This document shows positions 29,147 to 37,858 of a stretch of 64,000 nt of DNA, piece after piece. The translations under genes were made by a program, and so were the position numbers. The stretch covers positions 62,001 to 126,000 of the IMG/VR virus record IMGVR_UViG_3300008261_000001; one strand, 5' to 3'. The number at the start of each line of letters is the position of its first letter. The stretch's first letter is position 1. Under the pieces are notes generated by a model that had not been told where the DNA came from, did no database searches, and worked only from the letters and a program-made list of their open reading frames with translations.

Positions 29147-29572
29147 ATGGATAAGTTTAGAATAGGGCAGACGGTGCTCGTTGGGGAGAACTCTTTCGAC
29201 GAGCATACGATCATAACTATCACTAAAGATGATTTTGATTTGCTTTATGTTACGGACGATAAAAAGTCTATACGCTCGGAAAGCATTGTGGCGATATTAT
29301 CAGGACCTACTCAGCCTGAGACAGAGGATGTAGAAGACACCATTACGGTTCAAGACCCATACACAACAGACTACAACACGGAAATGTTCCGTTGGGGGGA
29401 CGAGGTTGTGTTCACCTCTAGGTATCTAGACGCTGAGATAGAGATAGAGGGGTATGTACTTGTACCTGGTAGGTCGTGGTGTGTCTTAACAGAAAAAGGT
29501 ATTTCCATACCCAATCGGCATTGGCGTGTACACAAAAATGCGATTCGCTTAAAGAACGACTTAAAGAAGTGA
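29147..29572 (+). CDS. Hypothetical protein
   Basis: 141-aa ORF with two SH3/KOW-like stretches (FRIGQTV.., FRWGDEV..). Confidence 0.6.
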   Translation: MDKFRIGQTVLVGENSFDEHTIITITKDDFDLLYVTDDKKSIRSESIVAILSGPTQPETEDVEDTITVQDPYTTDYNTEMFRWGDEVVFTSRYLDAEIEIEGYVLVPGRSWCVLTEKGISIPNRHWRVHKNAIRLKNDLKK

Positions 29573-29693
29573 GACCATTAATCAGACCATTAATCAGACC
29601 ATTTATCGTCTTTGATGTGTTTGGGGTCGATGGTGTTGCTGAGGATCTGTCGGGTGGTGTAGTAACCGATGGTTATGTAAATAATCAGTAGTG

Positions 29694-30158
29694 TCAAAGT
29701 GGTAGTCCCCTTTTTCTGGCAAGATTTCTAACTGCTCTGTAGCATGAAGAAGCGTCGAAATAGCCGACAATCTTTGCTATCTCTCTATAGGTTAGTCCAC
29801 TCTGTCTTCTTAGATTGTAGCTTAAAAAAGCATTTTTATCCAAAGACAAAGGGTCGGTGTCCCCTATTAACTGAGCATATGCGTTTATCCAATTTCGAGC
29901 GGTCATAGAGGTGACAGAGAAAAGTAGACCTATGTCTTGGGTGTTCATCCCATTTATGTATAGGCAGTAAGCATATTGAGTGGGTGCAGTTCTAGGATAG
30001 GGCAAGAAGTTCTTCTTAGCGTACTTTTTAATCCTAATACTCGCGTTGTGGGGGTGTGTAAGGCTTATGCCCAAAGCGTCACATATTTCTCTGTATGTAA
30101 GTCCATCCATGTAAAGTCTATAGGCGTTAGCCCAATCTATCTTGCTCTCACAAGTCAT
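29694..30158 (-). CDS. Multi-HTH DNA-binding protein
   Basis: Three HTH-like units: GLTYREICDALGIS, GMNTQDIGLLFSVT and GLTYREIAKIVGY. Confidence 0.7.
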   Translation of the reverse strand: MTCESKIDWANAYRLYMDGLTYREICDALGISLTHPHNASIRIKKYAKKNFLPYPRTAPTQYAYCLYINGMNTQDIGLLFSVTSMTARNWINAYAQLIGDTDPLSLDKNAFLSYNLRRQSGLTYREIAKIVGYFDASSCYRAVRNLARKRGLPL

Positions 30159-30468
30159 GTGTTTGCTCCCAGATCTCTAGGTCTCCATAATCACTCAAAA
30201 ACTTACGCTCCTCAGACAAAATAATGGATAGTTCATCTGAGGTCATAGAGTTATCCATTATAGACGAAGACTTGTCGTAAGAGACTACACAGAACCCATG
30301 TTCCCTTGCATAAGACCCTCCTTTGTTCAGTGCCTCAACCCAACAAAGAGCCGATAAGAAAGAGTTATGCGTGTCCTGCACAAAATGGATATGTGGACAA
30401 CCCTTATCCATTTTTATTTGAAGTGCTAGGGTTATAGACGATGTGAGGAAGAGCGTGGGCATAATCAC
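30148..30468 (-). CDS. Hypothetical protein
   Basis: 106-aa ORF overlapping the HTH gene start. Confidence 0.5.
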   Translation of the reverse strand: MIMPTLFLTSSITLALQIKMDKGCPHIHFVQDTHNSFLSALCWVEALNKGGSYAREHGFCVVSYDKSSSIMDNSMTSDELSIILSEERKFLSDYGDLEIWEQTHDL

Positions 30469-30494
30469 CTAAAGATGATGCGGTCAATGAGTGT

Positions 30495-31403
30495 TTATCC
30501 AAAAATAGAGTCCCACCAACAAGCTATGTCCCATTTGTTATCCGTAAGGTGATGATGCCCCACAACGCCCTTAAAGTATTCCACCAAGAAATCTTTATCC
30601 AATACATCATGTGTATTGGGAAAGCGATAGGGTACATCTAGGGTATCGCATAAGGACTTTACAGCGGAGCGAGTGGCTTGTGCTATGCGTGGGTCTAAGC
30701 TCAACACCTTACTTGGACCTCTAGAGGTAGGGTTGTCCACAATGGAAACTTGATAGCCGAGTTTGGTGTAGTGATCTTTCCATTTTACATCTGGCTGTTG
30801 GCAGATGTCGATGCCGACAGAGTGAGGGTTAACCCAACCTCCATGCCACGAAATATGCTGTAGATCGAGCCATTGGTAGATAGTAGCCTCTTGTTCATTT
30901 AGCCCTATGCCCGCATGACTAGACACCTTGCGGTCAGGATCTGAGAACACACGAAAACAATGCCGAGGGTCAAGCCCTCCCCAATGCACAACAATGAGGT
31001 GTGGTGGCTTGTTTCTACGAGTAGAGAAGTGACCGAACCTATGTAGGTCAAGACCACCATCTTGGTCGAAGTTTATGATTTGTGTTGAGCTATCTACGCG
31101 AACTCGTCTGTCTTTGTGTACCCAATAAGCGTCTAGTGACTCAACATAGTCGTAAAGTTTAAGAAGTTCAGCCCATGTGCCTCGCCCGAGTTTTCCGTCT
31201 ATCTGAGAAGATCCTTTTCCGTAAATCGCTGTCTGAAATTGGATAACCCCTAGAGCGAAGTCGTTCGAGTCGGCAGGGTTGGATAACAGAGGGTATTTCT
31301 CAAGGGCATTAGGGGGTATGCTATTCGCCCACCCTAGAGAAACAGAGGCGGTAGCGTTAAACTTTTTAGCTGAACCTAGCGTCTGTATAACAGAGTGAGA
31401 CAA
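30495..31403 (-). CDS. Endolysin: peptidoglycan-binding-like N-terminus plus N-acetylmuramoyl-L-alanine amidase (Amidase_2)
   Basis: FQTAIYG..DGKLGRGTW PG-binding-like segment; IVVHW, SSH, HGGWVNPHSVGIDI and VVGHHHL..K amidase motifs; TTG start after TAGGAG. Confidence 0.8.
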   Translation of the reverse strand: MSHSVIQTLGSAKKFNATASVSLGWANSIPPNALEKYPLLSNPADSNDFALGVIQFQTAIYGKGSSQIDGKLGRGTWAELLKLYDYVESLDAYWVHKDRRVRVDSSTQIINFDQDGGLDLHRFGHFSTRRNKPPHLIVVHWGGLDPRHCFRVFSDPDRKVSSHAGIGLNEQEATIYQWLDLQHISWHGGWVNPHSVGIDICQQPDVKWKDHYTKLGYQVSIVDNPTSRGPSKVLSLDPRIAQATRSAVKSLCDTLDVPYRFPNTHDVLDKDFLVEYFKGVVGHHHLTDNKWDIACWWDSIFG

Positions 31404-31432
31404 CTGATACTCCTATCTAGTGCGGTGTTTAC

Positions 31433-32800
31433 ATGAGCTTAGAACTCTTAATGCCAGATATAAACCAAGCTGTACAGCTACTTATCCTAAGCCATGCAAG
31501 CAAGGGTGGGTCTGTTTGCTTATACCGAAATGGAAAAGTGTGGAACAACCTATCTGCGTTATCCATTTTGAACGCTTGGTCACCCACACATAAAGTGGTT
31601 CAAAAAGGGTTCTTAGATGTATGTGGTACAGGCGGAGATGGTGGGAAAATGGGGGTGTTCATCACCGCGTCTTTGTTGAAGTCCATCTACAGAACAGGTG
31701 AAAGCCTAACCCCTTCGGAAGTGGAAGATTTCTTAGGGAACTTCAAAGAGGCAGTCAGCAAAAAGAAAAAGAAAGCCACCTACGATGTGCTGTTGGAGAT
31801 CGGGAGTAGATCAAAGCTCCATGCAGAACACCTAGAGAAGATCTGTGACGCTCTGATGACACATGGGGTTGACTCCCATATCTCATTAGAGCGTGGTAGG
31901 TCAGTCCATACGGAGGTTATCCAATCCGAGGCGTTGGAAACGCCTGTTATAGCTGGAATAGACACGGATCAGATTTCCTTAAAGGGTGCGATGTTTGCTT
32001 TCTTCGACTATCCATTATTCTCTTACACGCAAGTTCAAGATGCGATGGAACAGATGGGGGAGTTCGAGGGCAGACCTTTGTGTATAGTCTCACCGCTCAT
32101 GGGTAAAGAGGTGAAGGCGACCATAGCCCTCAATAGGAATAAGGGGGTGGTGGAGGTCTATGGGCTAGAAGCTCCACAGATCACTTGGAGCAAGGGGTGG
32201 TTAGAAGACCTTTGTGCTTTTACAGGTGGCACAATACACACAAAAATGGATAAGTCCTTTCCTGTGGAGTTTTATGGTTCAGCACTAGAGGTGTTAATCA
32301 AGCCTTCGTCTTTGCTGATAGAGCCATATGAGGATCATGCAGAACAGACAGCTAAACACGCTGAGGCGTTATTGAGAGAGGCTGAGTTTATCCCTCACGC
32401 ACACACACAAGATCTGTGGCGTAAGAGAGCTTCTTCTCTGATGGGGTCTTTGATCCGAGTCCAAGTGGGTGGGACGACCGAGGCGGAGTCTAGGGTGAAC
32501 TTAAACCTAGCCGAGAAATCTTTATTGTCCATGACTGACGCTCTAGAAAATGGATATGTCGAGGGGTCGATTCCATTTTTAGCGGAGGTGCAGTCAAGCT
32601 CTATAATAGGACACGCTATGCGTTGCCCTTTAAGGGTAGTCGCACACAACCTCAACCTCCCTCAACACTCCGTATTGGATAACCCAATACTAAGGGAGAG
32701 CTTCCCTACAGGTCGCTTAGTTTCCCTTATGGAGCGTTCTCTCTCTGTGGCGTACACACTAGGTACTATAGGTCACATAATCAAAGCAAAGGGGCATTAA
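31433..32800 (+). CDS. Divergent GroEL-like chaperonin
   Basis: DVCGTGGDG (cf. GDGTTT), IRVQVGGTTEAE (cf. IKVGAATEVE), ALENGYVEG, CPLRVVAHN (cf. PLRQIAEN). Confidence 0.7.
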   Translation: MSLELLMPDINQAVQLLILSHASKGGSVCLYRNGKVWNNLSALSILNAWSPTHKVVQKGFLDVCGTGGDGGKMGVFITASLLKSIYRTGESLTPSEVEDFLGNFKEAVSKKKKKATYDVLLEIGSRSKLHAEHLEKICDALMTHGVDSHISLERGRSVHTEVIQSEALETPVIAGIDTDQISLKGAMFAFFDYPLFSYTQVQDAMEQMGEFEGRPLCIVSPLMGKEVKATIALNRNKGVVEVYGLEAPQITWSKGWLEDLCAFTGGTIHTKMDKSFPVEFYGSALEVLIKPSSLLIEPYEDHAEQTAKHAEALLREAEFIPHAHTQDLWRKRASSLMGSLIRVQVGGTTEAESRVNLNLAEKSLLSMTDALENGYVEGSIPFLAEVQSSSIIGHAMRCPLRVVAHNLNLPQHSVLDNPILRESFPTGRLVSLMERSLSVAYTLGTIGHIIKAKGH

Positions 32801-32802
32801 AG

Positions 32803-33216
32803 ATGTTTAAGAACTATCATTGGACAGTGGTCGAAGCTGAAAATGCTTGTACGGGTTTTAAGCTCGCCAAACAAAGCGACAACACCTTCGAGAACTTCAA
32901 CCGATACTATATCGTCAACCCCAACACACAAATCCTTTTTGAGGAAATCGAGTACTTGATCGAGAGTACAAAGGACACCCGCTCCCCATCTCGGTCTCGC
33001 TCCTGTTGTTGCTTTGTCCTTCAAGGAAATAAGTACTTCTTCTATGTCAAGAAGTCCTCCTTAGTCAAAGCGGACAAGCTGTTTATCCAAAACATCGGCA
33101 GGATACTGCATGGAGGTGGCGACTTAACCGAGGACGACTTAAATAAGCTCGCTTCCTCTGTACAGAGGCTCAAGGCTTCCCTTAAAAGCACACCCAAGAA
33201 AGCGGATGGTCGATGA
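32803..33216 (+). CDS. Hypothetical protein
   Basis: 137 aa; its stop overlaps the first MTase module start (ATGA). Confidence 0.6.
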   Translation: MFKNYHWTVVEAENACTGFKLAKQSDNTFENFNRYYIVNPNTQILFEEIEYLIESTKDTRSPSRSRSCCCFVLQGNKYFFYVKKSSLVKADKLFIQNIGRILHGGGDLTEDDLNKLASSVQRLKASLKSTPKKADGR

Positions 33217-33833
33217 TAATCACCCTGTTGAGAAAGCCCCTAGACGGGAGCGTAGCTGAGAACGCCTTACAGCATGGCTGTGGGGCTATCAATATAGACG
33301 CTACAAGAGTAGGTTTTGTGAATGGAGAAAACCCCTCCGCCTCCTCACGAGAGGCGTACACTCCCAATCACTCGGCAGTGGCGGACATGAACGCGAGCGG
33401 TGTCATCTATTCCGATCCAACACGGCAACTCGGCAGGTGGCCCGCTAACTTTATCCTTAACCACCTAGAGAGCTGTGAGCTAAAAGGTACTAAGAAAGTT
33501 AAAGGGGCGATAAGCAAACCTTCGGTGGGATACAAAGCTAAGACCTCCACCTCTTGGTTCAACTCTAAAGATGGTATTCATAGGGTTGGTCATGCGGATG
33601 AAGATGGGAATGAAGAAGTAGCGGATTGGGCTTGTGTAGAGGGTTGCCCTGTCCAAGAGCTAGACCAACAAAGTGGACATCTGAAAAGTGGGAAGATGGG
33701 TGCTAAGTCATATCAAATGTGGGGGGTAAATGGGATATATGGGGGAGGTAAAGAACACCCTGCGACATATTATGGAGATGAGGGTGGTGCTTCTAGGTTC
33801 TTCATGCAGTTTAAGAAAGACCCAGAAGAATGA
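33213..33833 (+). CDS. Split beta-class MTase, insert module A1
   Basis: RKPLDGSVAENAL..INIDATRV..GRWPANFI..GGASRFF corresponds to the central insert of phage N6/N4 methyltransferases; no DPPY or FxGxG. Confidence 0.8.
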   Translation: MIITLLRKPLDGSVAENALQHGCGAINIDATRVGFVNGENPSASSREAYTPNHSAVADMNASGVIYSDPTRQLGRWPANFILNHLESCELKGTKKVKGAISKPSVGYKAKTSTSWFNSKDGIHRVGHADEDGNEEVADWACVEGCPVQELDQQSGHLKSGKMGAKSYQMWGVNGIYGGGKEHPATYYGDEGGASRFFMQFKKDPEE

Positions 33834-34408
33834 TAGAAATAAAAATCGGAGACTGCGTGGATAGGCTCAAAGACCTAGAGGATAACTCCGTTGACGCTAT
33901 TATTTCTGACCCCCCCTATGGTCTGAAGTTCATGAGTAAGGGTTGGGATGATATTGGAGAGGGTGCCGAACAACGAGAGTGGCACCGAGCTTGGCTTACT
34001 GAAGCCTATAGAGTCTTAAAGCCTAATGGAGTCCTTAAAGCCTTCTCAGGTACGAGAACTTTCCATCACCTCATAGCGATGATGGGAGAGGTGGGGTTCT
34101 CAGAGTTATCTGTGGAGGCATGGACATACGGAAGCGGTTTTCCAAAATCCCATAATGTGAGCAAGGCACTCGATAAAGGATTTGGGGCGGAAAGAACAGT
34201 AGTAGGGACGCAAAAAATGGGGGGTTCTGCGAGAAAACTAAAAGGTTCAAATAGGAACGGTCAGAAAATGGTCGGAGTTGACTTGGAATACGAAGAGACA
34301 TACGCAGAAATAACTATCCCCGCAACAGATGAAGCAAAAACATGGGAGGGATGGGGAACTGCTCTTAAGCCAGCTTGGGAGCCCATCTGCATAGGAGTTA
34401 AGAAATGA
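33830..34408 (+). CDS. Split beta-class MTase, catalytic module B (subtype 1a)
   Basis: GDCVDRL, DPPY (motif IV), RVLKPNG, GSGFPKSHN, WEGWGTALKPAWEP; no FxGxG. Confidence 0.85.
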   Translation: MIEIKIGDCVDRLKDLEDNSVDAIISDPPYGLKFMSKGWDDIGEGAEQREWHRAWLTEAYRVLKPNGVLKAFSGTRTFHHLIAMMGEVGFSELSVEAWTYGSGFPKSHNVSKALDKGFGAERTVVGTQKMGGSARKLKGSNRNGQKMVGVDLEYEETYAEITIPATDEAKTWEGWGTALKPAWEPICIGVKK

Positions 34409-35016
34409 TAATCACCCTCCTAAGAAAGCCCCTAGAGGGTACTGTAGCTGAGAACGCCTTACAGCATGGCTGTGGGGCTATCAATATAGACGCTACGAGA
34501 GTGTCCACTTCCGATAATCTTAATGGCGGGGCTTATCGTTGTGAAAACCCTACTGATAGTGAATCAGTTTCCTATTCTTTGAGAAAAGGGATAGGTGAGT
34601 ATGAGCAACCGAGTGGGAGGTGGCCAGCTAACTTTATCCTTAACCACCTAGAGGGCTGTGAACTAAAAGGCACTAAGAAAGTTAAAGAGGGTAAAAGTAG
34701 CTCTGCTGTTGGTGGCTCTGACAGAAAAGTAGGTCTTTATAAGGATGGACTTAAGAAAGAAGCGGAAAATCGCTATCGAGGAGAGGAAGAAGTGGCAGAT
34801 TGGGCTTGTGCCGAGGGATGCCCTATTAAGAAATTGGATACTCAGTCTGGGATACTCAAAAGTGGAGCATTGAAACCCGATGCTTATGTTAAAAATGACA
34901 GGGTCAACTCCTCTATGTTTGCAGGAGCAGGTACTTACTCAAATAAGGGATATTCATCTGAGGAGGGTGGAGCGTCTAGGTTCTTCATGCAGTTTAAGAA
35001 AGACCCCGAACAATGA
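34405..35016 (+). CDS. Split beta-class MTase, insert module A2
   Basis: Same conserved blocks as A1 with different variable segments. Confidence 0.8.
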   Translation: MIITLLRKPLEGTVAENALQHGCGAINIDATRVSTSDNLNGGAYRCENPTDSESVSYSLRKGIGEYEQPSGRWPANFILNHLEGCELKGTKKVKEGKSSSAVGGSDRKVGLYKDGLKKEAENRYRGEEEVADWACAEGCPIKKLDTQSGILKSGALKPDAYVKNDRVNSSMFAGAGTYSNKGYSSEEGGASRFFMQFKKDPEQ

Positions 35017-35600
35017 TAGAAATAAAAATCGGAGACTGCGTTGACCGACTTAAAGACCTCGCGGATAACTCTATTGACGCGGTTATTTCTGACCCTCCTT
35101 ATGGTGTTAAGGTATTAGGGAAGGGTTGGGATAATATCGGTGAGGGGATTCAACAACGAGAATGGCATAGAGGTTGGCTCATGGAAGCCTATAGAGCCTT
35201 AAAGCCTAATGGAGTCCTTAAAGCCTTTTCTAGTGCGGTCACTTATCATCACTTATTAGAGGTAATGGGAGAGGTGGGGTTCTCGGACTTGAGCGTAGAG
35301 GCTTGGGTTTATTCAAGCGGTATGCCCGCTGGAAACTTTGATTTGGCGAAGGGGGTTGAGTGTCAGATTCTCTTTGGTGACTCGAACAACAAGCAGTTTA
35401 AGAAACTTAAAGGTAGTCGTAGAGAGGGTAAAACAGGTTTGGGGCAACTCAACTTTTTACACGACTCAAGACCTGAGAACTACAAACAGCATGGGGCGTT
35501 TACGCTCGACCCTCAAACAGAGCAAGGTGCTTTGTGGGCAGGCTGGGGAACAACACTAAAGAAATCTTGGGAACCCATTTGCATTGGAGTTAAGAAATGA
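35013..35600 (+). CDS. Split beta-class MTase, catalytic module B (subtype 2a)
   Basis: DPPYGVKVLGK, SSGMPAGNFDL, WAGWGTTLKKSWEP; no FxGxG. Confidence 0.85.
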   Translation: MIEIKIGDCVDRLKDLADNSIDAVISDPPYGVKVLGKGWDNIGEGIQQREWHRGWLMEAYRALKPNGVLKAFSSAVTYHHLLEVMGEVGFSDLSVEAWVYSSGMPAGNFDLAKGVECQILFGDSNNKQFKKLKGSRREGKTGLGQLNFLHDSRPENYKQHGAFTLDPQTEQGALWAGWGTTLKKSWEPICIGVKK

Positions 35601-36166
35601 TAGAAATAAAAATCGGAGACTGCGTTGATAGGCTTAAAGACCTCGCGGATAACTCCGTTGACGCTATTATTTCTGACCCCCCCTATGGTCTGAAGTTCAT
35701 GGGTAAAGGTTGGGATGATATTGGAGAGGGTGCCGAACAACGAGAGTGGCATAGGGCATGGCTTACTGAAGCCCACCGCGTCTTAAAGCCTAATGGAGTC
35801 CTTAAAGCCTTCTCAGGGACGAGGACTTTCCATCATCTGATAGCGATGATGGAAGAAATAGGTTTCTCAGACTTGAGCGTAGAGGCTTGGGCATATGGGA
35901 GCGGTTTCCCGAAGTCTCACAACCTTGCCAAGCAGTTCGATAAGAAGGCTGGTGTAGAGGGTGAGATAATAGGTCATAAGCCCGGAGTGTCAGTAGAGGA
36001 CTCTCAAGGACATGGGGGCATCGCGAGAGGTGGTGTGGGGATTGTTCAGAAGAACGCGATGATACCCATTAGAGCTTCGGTGACGGATGACGCGAAAGTA
36101 TGGGAGGGATGGGGAACGGCTCTTAAACCAGCTTGGGAGCCCATCTGCATAGGAGTTAAGAAATGA
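35597..36166 (+). CDS. Split beta-class MTase, catalytic module B (subtype 1b)
   Basis: DPPYGLKFMGK, GSGFPKSHN, WEGWGTALKPAWEP; no FxGxG. Confidence 0.85.
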   Translation: MIEIKIGDCVDRLKDLADNSVDAIISDPPYGLKFMGKGWDDIGEGAEQREWHRAWLTEAHRVLKPNGVLKAFSGTRTFHHLIAMMEEIGFSDLSVEAWAYGSGFPKSHNLAKQFDKKAGVEGEIIGHKPGVSVEDSQGHGGIARGGVGIVQKNAMIPIRASVTDDAKVWEGWGTALKPAWEPICIGVKK

Positions 36167-36813
36167 TAATCACTTTGCTCAGAAAGCCCCTAGAGGGTAC
36201 TGTAGCTGAGAACGCCTTACAGCATCGCTGTGGGGCAATCAACATTGACGCTACAAGAGTGTCCACTTCCGATAATCTTAATGGTGGAGCGTATGCAGAA
36301 AACCCTACAGAGCGTGGGGGGGCGGATATGTGGACTTCAACAAGAAAAGGGGATTCTAACTGCTTTAAGCGTGGTGGTGGGGGTGAATATGAGCAACCGA
36401 GTGGCAGATGGCCCGCTAACTTTATCCTTAACCACCTAGAGGGCTGTGAGCTAAAAGGCACTAAGAAAGTTAAAGGGGCGATAAGCAAACCTTCGGAGGG
36501 AAACAAAGCTAAGACTTCTATCTCTATGAACAACTCTAAAGAAGGTATTCATAGGGTTAGTCACGCTGATGAAGATGGGAATGAAGAAGTGGCAGATTGG
36601 GCTTGTGTAGAGGGATGCCCTGTTAAGACCCTCGATGAACAAAGTGGTATTTCTAAAAGTACAGGTGGGCGTATCGGTAATAAGCAAGGAGCTTATGCTC
36701 ATCAGGGGCCGGGGGGGTGGTCAACGGATTATACGAAAGGTGACCCAGGTTTTGGAGATGAGGGTGGTGCTTCTAGGTTCTTTATGCAGTTTAAGAAAGA
36801 CCCCGAACAATGA
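36163..36813 (+). CDS. Split beta-class MTase, insert module A3
   Basis: Conserved A blocks; appears mosaic of A2 (5' part) and A1 (3' part). Confidence 0.8.
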   Translation: MIITLLRKPLEGTVAENALQHRCGAINIDATRVSTSDNLNGGAYAENPTERGGADMWTSTRKGDSNCFKRGGGGEYEQPSGRWPANFILNHLEGCELKGTKKVKGAISKPSEGNKAKTSISMNNSKEGIHRVSHADEDGNEEVADWACVEGCPVKTLDEQSGISKSTGGRIGNKQGAYAHQGPGGWSTDYTKGDPGFGDEGGASRFFMQFKKDPEQ

Positions 36814-37400
36814 TAGAAATAAAAATCGGAGACTGCGTGGATAGGCTCAAAGACCTAGAGGATAACTCCATTGATGCGGTTATTTCTGACCCCCCTTATG
36901 GTGTTAAAGTACTAGGGAAGGGTTGGGATAATATCGGAGAAGGTGCCTTACAGAGAGAGTGGCATAAAGGTTGGGTTCAAGAAGCCTATAGAGTCTTAAA
37001 GCCTAATGGAGTCCTTAAAGCCTTTTCTAGTGCGGTCACTTATCATCACTTATTAGAGGTAATGGGGCAGATGGGCTTCTCAGACTTGAGCGTAGAAGCG
37101 TGGGTTTATTCAAGCGGTATGCCCGCAGGGAACTTCGACTTGGCGAAGGGGGTTGAGTGTCAGCTTCTCTTTGGGGTGTCGAACTCAAAACACTTCCATA
37201 AACTTAAAGGGACAAAGCGAGCAGGGAAGACAGGGATAAACAAGTGGGGGGTAGAGCATGGCTCTCGTCAGGTGGACTCTCAGATAGGGGCTTCCGCCTT
37301 TGACCTAGAGCCACAGACGAAGGAGGGGGAGACATGGATGGGGTGGGGTTCTGTTCTCAAGAAATCTTGGGAGCCTATCTGCATAGGGGTTAAGAAGTGA
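36810..37400 (+). CDS. Split beta-class MTase, catalytic module B (subtype 2b)
   Basis: DPPYGVKVLGK, SSGMPAGNFDL, WMGWGSVLKKSWEP; no FxGxG. Confidence 0.85.
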   Translation: MIEIKIGDCVDRLKDLEDNSIDAVISDPPYGVKVLGKGWDNIGEGALQREWHKGWVQEAYRVLKPNGVLKAFSSAVTYHHLLEVMGQMGFSDLSVEAWVYSSGMPAGNFDLAKGVECQLLFGVSNSKHFHKLKGTKRAGKTGINKWGVEHGSRQVDSQIGASAFDLEPQTKEGETWMGWGSVLKKSWEPICIGVKK

Positions 37401-37858
37401 AAGACAAACACCTAAAAACACGGATTATCCAATGCGACTTGATTGCCTCTAACTCCCCTTGTTGTAGGCGGAAAGTGGGGGCTTTGGTGATAGACCCAGA
37501 GAGTAATGTGGTTATTTCCGAGGGGTACAATGGAACACCACGAGGATCTACTTATCCATTGTGTGGCGGAGAGTTCTGTTTAAGGGAAGAGTTATCCATT
37601 AAGAGTGGGACACAAAACGATGTGGGGTGCATACACGCGGAACAGAACGCAATCTATAATGCCTCAAGGACAGGGAACAGCACACTCAACAAGTGGATGA
37701 TCACTAACTGCGACCCTTGCCTTATGTGTGCGAAGGCTATTCACCAAGCGGGAATAACAAGGGTCTATCTACCTCTACACGAGCAAGTCCACATAGAGGG
37801 CGTAAAGTTCCTCAGAAACAACCAAGTAGAACTCATTAAGACGGAGAGCTTCAAATGA
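37397..37858 (+). CDS. dCMP deaminase
   Basis: SPCCRRKVGA, GYNGTP, HAEQNAI and PCLMC zinc-deaminase motifs. Confidence 0.9.
   Translation: MKDKHLKTRIIQCDLIASNSPCCRRKVGALVIDPESNVVISEGYNGTPRGSTYPLCGGEFCLREELSIKSGTQNDVGCIHAEQNAIYNASRTGNSTLNKWMITNCDPCLMCAKAIHQAGITRVYLPLHEQVHIEGVKFLRNNQVELIKTESFK

Noticed and set aside
33820-36815. Programmed -1 frameshifting that fuses the modules
   Set aside because: Junctions (GTTAAGAAATGA; GACCC(A/C)GAA(G/C)AATGA) lack a canonical X XXY YYZ slippery heptamer, and fusion would duplicate boundary strands. Not formally excluded without proteomics.
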